18,034 bases of DNA, from assembly GCA_051439605.1 (NCBI GenBank), contig JBFRWN010000108.1:1-18034 (forward strand). Direction: 5' to 3'. The stretch's first letter is position 1, and every line of letters begins with the position of its first letter. This document shows, piece after piece, positions 1-7,989 of the stretch. Origin of the DNA: Synechococcus sp. (GTDB lineage: Bacteria; Cyanobacteriota; Cyanobacteriia; Thermostichales; PCC-7336). The translations under genes were made by a program, and so were the position numbers. Under the pieces are notes generated by a model. The model did not search any database, was not told where the DNA came from, and saw only the letters and a program-made list of their open reading frames with translations.

Positions 1-20
1 ATTCATAGAACCTAGAGAGT

Positions 21-857
21 CTACTTCAATTGACAGCTAGGGCAAAAGTGAGCCGATCGCCCCGCCAACTTGATGCGTTCAATCGTGCTGCCACATCGTC
101 GACAGTCCTCACCATCGCGGCTGTACACCCAAGCGTGCCCCAAATAATTCCCGTTCACCCCTCCCAAATCGCGGTAGTTGCTAAACGTTGTCCCCCGTTG
201 AGCAATGCTGTCACTCAGCACCTTCACCACCGCTTCCCGTAACTTTGCCGCACGGGATTTTCCAATGCGGTTGCAGGGGGTTTGGGGATGAATCTGACTC
301 AGAAATAGCGCCTCATCCGCATAGATATTCCCCACCCCAGCCACTAGCTTCTGATCCAGCAGAGCGTTCTTAATCGGCTTCCGACTCCTTTTCAACGCTT
401 TCAACATATAAGTATCGGAAAAGTCCGGCTCTAACGGTTCTGGCCCCAACTTCGCCAATCCGCTCATAACCTCCGGATCAGGAACACCCGTGGGCACCAA
501 CCACATCTGACCGAACGTCCTCTGATCGTTAAACCGCAGTTCGCACCCGTTTGCCAGCGTAAACCTCACCCGCGTGTGCTTGTGTACCGGCTCTTCGCAG
601 GAGCCCATCCAAAGCAACTGCCCGGTCATGCGCAGATGTACGCCGAGGCGATCGCCGCTCTCCAGTTCCCCCAACAGATACTTGCCCCGCCGATACCAAG
701 CCACCAATAATTGACCGACAAGTCTTTGGCAAAACTCTTCTACAGAAGGAGAGGCAATCGTGCGATCGAGCAAGACTTCTACTGAGGCGATCGGCTGATG
801 CAGCGTCTGTTCTTCCAGATCTCGCCGCACCGTTTCTACTTCAGGTAACTCAGGCAA
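21..857 (-). CDS. mutM: Formamidopyrimidine-DNA glycosylase / AP lyase (Fpg/MutM), 278 aa
   Basis: N-terminal PELPEVETV signature with catalytic Pro2/Glu3 implies the start is the TTG at 857, not 881. Also has RRGKYL, HLRMTG, the H2TH motif LLDQKLVAGVGNIYADEALF and a C-terminal zinc finger CRRC..CPSCQ. Confidence 0.97.
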   Translation of the reverse strand: MPELPEVETVRRDLEEQTLHQPIASVEVLLDRTIASPSVEEFCQRLVGQLLVAWYRRGKYLLGELESGDRLGVHLRMTGQLLWMGSCEEPVHKHTRVRFTLANGCELRFNDQRTFGQMWLVPTGVPDPEVMSGLAKLGPEPLEPDFSDTYMLKALKRSRKPIKNALLDQKLVAGVGNIYADEALFLSQIHPQTPCNRIGKSRAAKLREAVVKVLSDSIAQRGTTFSNYRDLGGVNGNYLGHAWVYSRDGEDCRRCGSTIERIKLAGRSAHFCPSCQLK

Positions 858-861
858 AACG

Positions 862-1251
862 CTACTCGCCACAATACACAATCAAATCGATCTCGACACT
901 CCCTCGGTCGGCCAATCCCAGTACCCCCACCGTGGTGCGAGAAGGTAGTCGTTCCGGTTGGAAGTAAGCAGCATACACTCGATTTGCGTCGTCGTAGTCG
1001 CGAAAATCCGTCAGAAAAATCCGCGCCATCACGACTTTATCGAAGCCCGCACCCGCATGTTCCAACACCAACTTGAGATTTTCCATCACTCGCCGGGTTT
1101 GTTCGGCAATGGGTCCCAAAATCAGCTCTCCCGTCTCAATATCCTCCGGTAGCTGACCGGTGACGAATAGAAAATCCCCCGCACGTACCGCATGGGAGTA
1201 AGGGGCAACAGGGGGCAACGTGCCGTCAGGTAGGGTGATGTACTCCAGCAT
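862..1251 (-). CDS. RidA/YjgF/UK114 family enamine/imine deaminase
   Basis: Motifs APYSHAVRAGDFLFVTGQLP, PSRTTVGV (conserved Arg) and VEIDLI; 129 aa; stop codon 4 nt upstream of the mutM start. Confidence 0.92.
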   Translation of the reverse strand: MLEYITLPDGTLPPVAPYSHAVRAGDFLFVTGQLPEDIETGELILGPIAEQTRRVMENLKLVLEHAGAGFDKVVMARIFLTDFRDYDDANRVYAAYFQPERLPSRTTVGVLGLADRGSVEIDLIVYCGE

Positions 1252-1363
1252 TCAAAGTCACAGAAGGTGAAGGGAACAGGAATAGGCACCGATAATTGCC
1301 ATCAATATTTTGCCTTGAGAATGGAGAAGTCTATGCTAGACAAAAATTAGCCTTAGGCAACAA

Positions 1364-2557
1364 TCAGCGCAAATCGGTATTTAGCGATTCTTCAACACGC
1401 TTGGCAGCAAAGGCCATGCCGTAGCAGAACACAAAATAAATTGCAGCGGTAAACACCAACGCTTCCTGCTGGGTTCCCAACCAGTCGGGTTGGTTATAAA
1501 CCAGGCGGGCGGCCCCCAACAGTTCGATCATGCCAACAATAAAGACCAAAGAGGTGTCTTTAAACAGAGTCAAAAACTCGTTCACTATTGCTGGAATGGC
1601 GGCTTTTAACGCCTGGGGCAGAATGACCAGCATCGTAATCTGAAACGGATTTAGCCCTAATGCCCGTGCAGCTTCAGTTTGACCGCGCGAAACTGACTGC
1701 AAGCCCCCGCGAATGTCCTCTGCCACATAAACAGCAGTAAATAGAACCAAACCAATAATGGCTCGAATAATCAAATCCACTGTGATGCCCCCTAAAAACA
1801 GTGGAACCAACAACCAGGCGGCAAACAAAATTGTGGTGAGCGGGACGCCGCGAATCACTTCGATCGCGATCGTGCAAAACCACTCGATCGCTGGTAAATC
1901 TTTGTTGTTGCGACCGAGTGCCAGCAAAATCCCGATGGGAAAGGCGGTAATCAGCGAAGCTGCTGCCAAAATCAGGGTCAGCAACAAGCCGGTCAATTCC
2001 TTCGTGTTCAAGGGTTGCAGACCAAAAATTCCGCTCACTAAAATTAAGAAGACGATGGGCAAGATAACCAACCAAGCCACAAGCGAAAACAGCTTTAGAG
2101 AGTCCCGCTTCCACCCCAACAGCAATCCCAAGAAGGTGCTACCGCACACTGCCCCTAACCACGGCTGTGATGCACCAAAGGGTAAAAAGGCCAGCAATCC
2201 TAGGAAAGCACCCACCCCGATGACGTAGGATTTCAACAAACCTTGCCAAGCGCCACCGGCTAGACCCAGCATGGCCATGACGATACCGAACACCAACCAC
2301 ACTCGCCAAAGCTGATCGGAGGGATAGGTACCGCTAGCAAACAGTTTGAAGTTTGCAGAAATCACCCCCCATTGGGTTTGGTCGCTCAAGGCCCATTGCA
2401 AGAATCCCCATACAATCGCCACCACGATCGCCAATGAAACAATCGTCAGACAGGTATTAAACAGCGAATCAAACAGATTGTCTCGCAGCCATTGCGCTGG
2501 GGTAACGCGCCGAATGGGAGGTTGCATCGACTTCGAATTAGGAGAAGTGACAGTCAT
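1364..2557 (-). CDS. aapM: General L-amino-acid ABC transporter permease (AapM/BztC; cyanobacterial NatH-like)
   Basis: Multi-TM protein with WLRDNLF, IEVIRGVPL, the EAA loop AEDIRGGLQSVSRGQTEAARALGL, and LFKDTSL. Confidence 0.9.
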   Translation of the reverse strand: MTVTSPNSKSMQPPIRRVTPAQWLRDNLFDSLFNTCLTIVSLAIVVAIVWGFLQWALSDQTQWGVISANFKLFASGTYPSDQLWRVWLVFGIVMAMLGLAGGAWQGLLKSYVIGVGAFLGLLAFLPFGASQPWLGAVCGSTFLGLLLGWKRDSLKLFSLVAWLVILPIVFLILVSGIFGLQPLNTKELTGLLLTLILAAASLITAFPIGILLALGRNNKDLPAIEWFCTIAIEVIRGVPLTTILFAAWLLVPLFLGGITVDLIIRAIIGLVLFTAVYVAEDIRGGLQSVSRGQTEAARALGLNPFQITMLVILPQALKAAIPAIVNEFLTLFKDTSLVFIVGMIELLGAARLVYNQPDWLGTQQEALVFTAAIYFVFCYGMAFAAKRVEESLNTDLR

Positions 2558-2560
2558 GAA

Positions 2561-3727
2561 TTACCGCTCCACTAACTTGACGCGATTGTTGATCCAGTTC
2601 ACGAAATAAGACACTCCTAAATTGATAACTAGATAAGCCAGCATCATGATGGCGAACACCTCCACAGAACGCCCCGATTGGTTGATGATCGTGCTGGAGA
2701 TATTGAACATATCCGCATATCCGACAGCAATTGCCAGACTTGAGTTTTTGATCAGGGTTAGAAATTGTGTATTGAGCGAAGGCAGCATGATTCGTAAGGC
2801 TTGAGGAACGATGACTAGCCGGAACGTGTTCAATTCCGTAAATCCGATCGCCCGAGATGCCTCCCACTGCCCTCGCGGAACCGCTAAAAATGCCCCCCGC
2901 ACCACCTCGGCAATATAAGCTCCCGTATAGGTAACCAAGCCCAGCATCAAAGCTAAAAATTCTACCGAAAGCCGCCATCCCCCCTTAAAGTTAAATCCAG
3001 ACAATTCCGGCAGAGTCAACTGAAAGGGAGGACTGGGTGCTAGCAGCCAAACACCTGCAAATACCAACACAGCTCCCAAAAGCCCCAAAACCAACCGGAG
3101 CCCGTCGGGAAGATGGGTCTTAGCCTGCAAGAGTTTCGGTAACTGCCAAAGGGCCAACACGACCAAAACAACCGCTGGAAACAACCACCAAGTTGGCACC
3201 AAGCTGGGGAAATTTAAGCCCCGATTACTCAGGTGAAAGCCGAACAACGAATAGCTTTCCTTCACCCGGGGCATCTGTAAAAGCACGCCCTGGTACCAGA
3301 AAAAGATGATCAGCAGGACAGGAATGTTGCGGAACACTTCAGTGAATACAGCCGCCAATTTCCTAGCCAGCCAGTTGCTCGACAAGCGAGCAATACCGAG
3401 AACCAACCCTAGTGCCGTTGCTAACACAATGCTGAATATGGACACCCAAATGGTATTCACGACTCCAACGAAGAATGCCTTGAGGTAGCTTTCCGAGGGG
3501 TCATAAGGAATTCCTTCACTGATGCCGAAACTGGCAGGGTTGTCGAGGAAGTGAAACCCCAAACTCAGACCCGCCCGGTCCAAACCCACCAGCAAATTGC
3601 GAAAGAGGACCCCTAACACGATCGCGACAGCTACAGCAAAAAAGATTTGCAGCACGATCTTCAGGGTTTGCTCGTCTCGCCACCAGGGCGCACGAGCATA
3701 AGTATCGACTTGGGCAGGGCTAGTCAT
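2561..3727 (-). CDS. aapQ: General L-amino-acid ABC transporter permease (AapQ/BztB; NatG-like)
   Basis: Motifs GFHFLDNPASFGISE, GIARLSSNWL, EVFRNIPVLL, SNRGL, AEVVRGAFLAVPRGQWEASRAIG and KNSSLAIAVGY; 3-nt gap to the next permease. Confidence 0.9.
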   Translation of the reverse strand: MTSPAQVDTYARAPWWRDEQTLKIVLQIFFAVAVAIVLGVLFRNLLVGLDRAGLSLGFHFLDNPASFGISEGIPYDPSESYLKAFFVGVVNTIWVSIFSIVLATALGLVLGIARLSSNWLARKLAAVFTEVFRNIPVLLIIFFWYQGVLLQMPRVKESYSLFGFHLSNRGLNFPSLVPTWWLFPAVVLVVLALWQLPKLLQAKTHLPDGLRLVLGLLGAVLVFAGVWLLAPSPPFQLTLPELSGFNFKGGWRLSVEFLALMLGLVTYTGAYIAEVVRGAFLAVPRGQWEASRAIGFTELNTFRLVIVPQALRIMLPSLNTQFLTLIKNSSLAIAVGYADMFNISSTIINQSGRSVEVFAIMMLAYLVINLGVSYFVNWINNRVKLVER

Positions 3728-3741
3728 AGGGGTTTCAGCAA

Positions 3742-3757
3742 TGTTGTCCTGAATACA
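3742..3757 (-). promoter_or_regulatory. Possible NtcA-like site (TGT-N10-ACA; GTA-N8-AAC)
   Basis: Minus strand reads TGTATTCAGGACAACA, one mismatch to GTA-N8-TAC, about 15 nt upstream of the aapQ ATG. This is too close for a classical activator position. Confidence 0.25.
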
Positions 3758-4353
3758 GCATCAACATAGCCGCCATTAGCACCCCCCGCCGCCAATTTGC
3801 TCACACATTGATTCTGTTTTAAGGGCGATCTCGGGCATTAGACCAAATTCAGCCCACGCAGTCCTCGAGATAGGGAAGGGAGAGCTTCATAAATCGAGAT
3901 ATTGCGCAACAAGTTCTAGCAACGTATGAATCGATATCTCGCAGAGGCGATCGTCATCGGTTTCCTTGACTGACTCCGTACTCTGAGAAATATTTCTGAG
4001 CTGAGAATCACAAAAAGTGTAAAAAAGTGCATTTTTCTCGGTCACTTCCCGCAAAAAAAGCTGCACAACAGTTCTCATCGGCACCGTACTCTTTCTGAAG
4101 ACAGATTGTCGCTAATGCCTGACTTTAGACTCTAGGAAAGCTTCCTCTCTCCTCGCACTATGCAGCTACTCGAGTTTTTTCATTCCGGCCGCATCTGTTC
4201 CAACAGTCCTTGAATGCGACATCCAGTCGCAGAAAGACGCAGCTATTTCTCCCGAGTGCTAAGCAATCTGAGGAGGCTGCTTCCCCATAGATGGCTGGTA
4301 TGGACTCCGGGTTGCCCGCAATCACCTCTACCTTTATCAAGGAGAATTCTTCT

Positions 4354-4791
4354 GTGAATCTTTTCAAAAAACTAACCCGATCTCTAACGGCAATCGCCAT
4401 TGTCCTGATGGTTTTCTTGGCAGTAGGGGTTGGCCCTGCCCGAGCCGCAGATTGTTTTCAGACTGTTAAAGCTAATGTCCAGCAAGATGGGACATTTGCA
4501 GTGAAAGTTCAAGGTAAAATTCCTGCTGATGTTAGGGTCGGTTCAGCTGTTCTTAGTTTTCCAGCCTCAAGTGACAAGGGCACAATTGAGTCCATCAAAA
4601 TTGTCAACACAGATTTACCCTCATACCGTCAGCTTGAGTTTGGTTGCGGCCCTCTCACAGTAAGCGATGGTACTGACCTCATTACCGCCTGCGGTGGACC
4701 AGCTTATTTGGACAAAGGAAACACAATCTACAAAGCTTTTGGTTCCGAGTTCCCTCCGGGCGAAACCTTTAGCGTTTGCTTGGCAAAATAG
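4354..4791 (+). CDS. Hypothetical secreted protein, 145 aa, Sec signal peptide, 4 Cys
   Basis: AAGGAG at 4339-4344 precedes an in-frame GTG at 4354. N-terminus MNLFKKLTRSLTAIAIVLMVFLAVGVGPARA has n/h/c regions and an A-x-A site; the mature part looks beta-rich; a terminator follows. Confidence 0.8.
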   Translation: MNLFKKLTRSLTAIAIVLMVFLAVGVGPARAADCFQTVKANVQQDGTFAVKVQGKIPADVRVGSAVLSFPASSDKGTIESIKIVNTDLPSYRQLEFGCGPLTVSDGTDLITACGGPAYLDKGNTIYKAFGSEFPPGETFSVCLAK

Positions 4792-4837
4792 TTTGTTTTT
4801 AAGCATTCACTGAAATCTCGCCAGAGATGTCCCATGT

Positions 4838-4875
4838 AAAAAAGCGGAGGCCCCTACAAGGTAGCCTCCGCTTTT
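4838..4875. terminator. Bidirectional intrinsic terminator
   Basis: AAAAGCGGAGGC (4840-4851) / GCCTCCGCTTTT (4864-4875) is a perfect 12-bp inverted repeat with an A-run on the left and a T-run on the right, between convergent genes. Confidence 0.85.
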
Positions 4876-4946
4876 CGACGTTAAACTCTAAGCTCACAAG
4901 GAAAAATCAGCATAAGACTCACTCGCAGGCTTGTGACCCTCAACCA

Positions 4947-5975
4947 TTAACGAAAAGGAGGTGCATACAGCAACCCCCCATCGGTATAGGCTGCGTTGAG
5001 ACCGCGCTCCGTTAACCCTAAGGGAGCTAGGTGACGCTCGAATATCTCGGCATAGTTTCCTACGCCCTTGATGATACTCACTGCGAAATCGGCATCAACC
5101 CCCAAAATTTCCCCTAAGTTGCCTTCAACACCTAAGAATCGCCGGATGTTGGGATCCTCACTGTTCGCAATAAAATCATCGACATTTTCAGAGGTGATAC
5201 CTGCTTCTTCGGCGTAGAAAAGAGCGTACACGGACCAGTCCATAATGTCTGCCCACTGCTCGTCCCCTTGGGGCACTGATGGGCCGAGGGGTTCTTTGGA
5301 GATAATCTCGCTCAAAATGACGTGCTCGTCAGGGTTCGCCAGAGTTGAGCGGCGAGAAATCAGAGTACTTTGGTCGGAGGTATTGGTGTCGCAGCGGCCT
5401 TCGTCGTAAGCGGTATAGCTAGCGTCATCGGTGTCGAAGACCACCGCTTCAAATGCCAGACCGCGAGCGCGGAAAACATCTGCCAAATTCAGCTCGGTTG
5501 TTGTGCCGGCAATAATGCAGACGGTAGCGCCGTCCAACTCATCAACAGACGTCACCCCAAGAGACTTGGGTACCATGAACCCCTGACCGTCGTAGTAGGT
5601 GGTGGGGCCGTAGGTTGCCCCCCATTCCCGATCGCGGGTAAGGGTGTAGGTGGTGTTGCGGCTGAGCAGGTCTATGACCCCCCCTTGCAATGCCGACTGG
5701 CGGTTTGCAGAGGTTAGGGTGACGTATTCCACTTTGTCGGGGTCACCAGACACGGCTGCCGATACCGCCCGGCAAATATCGACATCAAAACCAAAGTGGT
5801 TTCCTTCGGAATCGACGCTACTAAAACCCGGTAACTGACCGTTAACGCCACATCGTAATTCTCCGCGCGCGCGCACTTGATCGAGAATCTGCGCTTGAGC
5901 CGTGCCAGCAGTTAAGCCTACTGCAACGGACAGCAATGCTGCCCCTGCCAAAGTAGTCAATGGATTAACCTGCAT
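4947..5975 (-). CDS. aapJ: General L-amino-acid ABC transporter substrate-binding protein (AapJ/BztA; NatF-like), 342 aa
   Basis: Motifs LDQVRARGELRCGV, GFDVDICRAV, LSRNTT, YYDGQGF, GTTTELNL, ISKEPLGP, VGNYAEIFERH and GGLLYAPPFR. The likely start is the ATG at 5975 (AGGAG at 5989-5993), followed by a signal peptide ending AQA. Confidence 0.93.
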   Translation of the reverse strand: MQVNPLTTLAGAALLSVAVGLTAGTAQAQILDQVRARGELRCGVNGQLPGFSSVDSEGNHFGFDVDICRAVSAAVSGDPDKVEYVTLTSANRQSALQGGVIDLLSRNTTYTLTRDREWGATYGPTTYYDGQGFMVPKSLGVTSVDELDGATVCIIAGTTTELNLADVFRARGLAFEAVVFDTDDASYTAYDEGRCDTNTSDQSTLISRRSTLANPDEHVILSEIISKEPLGPSVPQGDEQWADIMDWSVYALFYAEEAGITSENVDDFIANSEDPNIRRFLGVEGNLGEILGVDADFAVSIIKGVGNYAEIFERHLAPLGLTERGLNAAYTDGGLLYAPPFR

Positions 5976-6059
5976 CGTATGTTGAACTCTCCTGTAAGGT
6001 TGGGTTGCATCATTAAGTATTAACAGATCTGAGCTTTGCATTCCCAACAGGGGGGGGAC

Positions 6060-6075
6060 TGTTGCGATAGATACG
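6060..6075. promoter_or_regulatory. Possible NtcA-like site in the divergent aapJ/aapP intergenic region
   Basis: GTTGCGATAGATAC at 6061-6074 (GTA-N8-AAC on the minus strand); a weak -10-like GACAAT lies 21 nt downstream on the plus strand. Confidence 0.3.
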
Positions 6076-6175
6076 AAGGATAATCACCGTTGTCGGACAA
6101 TCTTGCTAGTATTTCCGCAATGGAATCGAATTATAGTCATACGCAAAGCTGACAAGTACAGACGTAGGATACGCC

Positions 6176-6961
6176 ATGAAAGTTCCCCAGGCTTCTGTTG
6201 ACAGTAAAGTTGAGAACGCTCCCAAGTCAGCCATCATCGAATGTATCGACGTGCACAAATGGTATGGGGAATTTCATGTCCTGAAAGGCATCAGCACAGA
6301 GATTAAAAAGGGTGAAGTGGTTGTGGTGTGCGGTCCTTCGGGATCTGGCAAGTCAACGTTCATTCGCACCATTAACCGGCTAGAAGAGCACCAACAGGGC
6401 ACGATTCGGGTTGATGGCATCGAACTTACCCATGACCTGCGCAACATCGATGCCATCCGTCGCGAGGTGGGAATGGTGTTTCAGTCCTTCAACTTATTTC
6501 CACATTTGACGGTGTTACAAAACGTCACCCTGGGTCCAGTTTGGGTGAAGAAAAACAAGCGAGGCGAGGCGAAAGCAAAAGCATTGGAACTTCTCGCTCG
6601 CGTGGGCATTGCCGAACAGGCTGATAAGTTCCCCGGTCAGCTTTCGGGGGGACAGCAACAGCGGGTGGCGATCGCCCGTGCGCTGGCCATGAATCCAACT
6701 GTCATATTATTTGACGAGCCTACCTCCGCCCTCGATCCTGAAATGATTAAGGAAGTGCTGGACGTTATGAAAGAGTTAGCTCGCTCTGGCATGACGATGG
6801 TATGCGTCACCCACGAGATGGGATTTGCCCGCGAAGTCGCTGACCGGATTATCTTTTTCGATCTCGGTCAGATTGTGGAAGAAAACACCCCCGAGGAATT
6901 CTTTACCAATCCGCGAGAAGAGCGCACCAAATTGTTCCTATCCCAGATCTTGTCCCACTAA
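6176..6961 (+). CDS. aapP: Polar amino-acid ABC transporter ATP-binding protein (AapP/BztD/GlnQ family; BgtA-like)
   Basis: Walker [10 protein letters not shown]-loop [12 protein letters not shown], signature [15 protein letters not shown], Walker [14 protein letters not shown], switch VTHEMGFA, and C-terminal [10 protein letters not shown]. Confidence 0.93.
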   Translation: MKVPQASVDSKVENAPKSAIIECIDVHKWYGEFHVLKGISTEIKKGEVVVVCGPSGSGKSTFIRTINRLEEHQQGTIRVDGIELTHDLRNIDAIRREVGMVFQSFNLFPHLTVLQNVTLGPVWVKKNKRGEAKAKALELLARVGIAEQADKFPGQLSGGQQQRVAIARALAMNPTVILFDEPTSALDPEMIKEVLDVMKELARSGMTMVCVTHEMGFAREVADRIIFFDLGQIVEENTPEEFFTNPREERTKLFLSQILSH

Positions 6962-7168
6962 TGTCTTTAGCACTGTCAGCCTGTGTTCGGGTTTCTTCAG
7001 CGCTGGGACTTTGCAGGGTTGGGAGAATCTATTGCAGCAAAACGTTTCTCCACTTGCCAATGGTGGATTCAAACTATGCGTCGGGGAATGAAGGGGAGTT
7101 CGCTCGTACCCATGAATTCTTAGGAGTATACGGGCGATAGTCAAATTGTTCCCCCTCCTGACCTGCCA

Positions 7169-7912
7169 ATGTTGTCTCTCTCCCCCCCCGCTTTTTCACA
7201 TTCCTATGTTGTTCGTCCGCTGGCTGCAGTGGTTGCGGTTGCCCTCTCCGCGATAGCGGCTGTCCTCCCTTCTATGGCAGCTGAAGAGGTTACGATTTCC
7301 ACCAAACTCGGTAGCCGCTCCGTTGACACTCCCGAGCTAGAGCAATATGCGCGAACGGGTGAGGCGGATGGCACCCTGGGCTACTTCATCGCCGATTTGT
7401 CCAGTCACCAGCAGGACGTACTGCGACGCTCGCTGATCCAAGAAATCGATATCGATTTTCTACCATTTGCAAAGTTTGTTCAGTCGGACATGGGGAAAGT
7501 GGTGATAGAAAATTTGGCGGAGGGCATCGAACCTGGGGCCCCAAATGTGCTTCCAGAGCAAGCCTTGCGAGCAGCTTTGGTTGGTTCTGCAACCGATGGT
7601 TCGCTGTCTTTATTGGAGCTCGTGTCACGCTATCCCACCAGTGAAGTAGTGTTGGATTGGCCGGATATCCAGAGTTTAGCCCACGACTTTCAAGCAACCG
7701 GAGATTTTGCCACTGCGTTGGGTCTTCACCAGCTGCTATCAGATGGACTGGCTGCCAACTTGCTCAGCGTTCCTCTAAGCCTGTTCGCCCAACCTGCATC
7801 TGCCTCCCCCAGCAAATCCAATTTGAGTCCCCATGAACTGTTGGGGCTGCAGCGATCGCTGACTCAACTCCGTCAGGAATTAAACGGTGTAATGGAGGTT
7901 TTTGCAGAGTAA
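7169..7912 (+). CDS. DUF1400 domain protein with signal peptide, no hydrolase domain
   Basis: Hydrophobic N-terminus ending PSMA-AEEV, then RSVDTPELEQYARTG, SDMGKVVIENL, QALRAALVGSA and LSLLELVSRYPTSEVVLD, the pattern of cyanobacterial DUF1400. No GxSxG motif seen. Confidence 0.8.
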   Translation: MLSLSPPAFSHSYVVRPLAAVVAVALSAIAAVLPSMAAEEVTISTKLGSRSVDTPELEQYARTGEADGTLGYFIADLSSHQQDVLRRSLIQEIDIDFLPFAKFVQSDMGKVVIENLAEGIEPGAPNVLPEQALRAALVGSATDGSLSLLELVSRYPTSEVVLDWPDIQSLAHDFQATGDFATALGLHQLLSDGLAANLLSVPLSLFAQPASASPSKSNLSPHELLGLQRSLTQLRQELNGVMEVFAE

Positions 7913-7989
7913 CGCTGATATGAATTAATAAGACTGGGTGCCATCCAAACCGTCCGGCGCGCCCACACCTATAGCTGTTGCCCAATCAA

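Noticed and set aside
4214..4320. Fragments resembling a c-di-GMP-I riboswitch (GAAAGACGCA, CTAA, GGGTTGCC) upstream of the orphan gene
   Set aside because: No GGCAAA start and no GNRA-capped P2 in the right register; only a 6-bp TGCGAC/GTCGCA hairpin is solid.
3887..4400. Small minus-strand ORFs 3887-4084 and 4158-4400
   Set aside because: Non-ATG starts, no motifs, and they overlap the likely regulatory region or the start of the plus-strand gene.
858..6047. ORF-track starts at 881 (mutM), 4291 (orphan) and 6047 (aapJ)
   Set aside because: The catalytic N-terminal Pro, RBS positions and signal peptides favour 857, 4354 and 5975.
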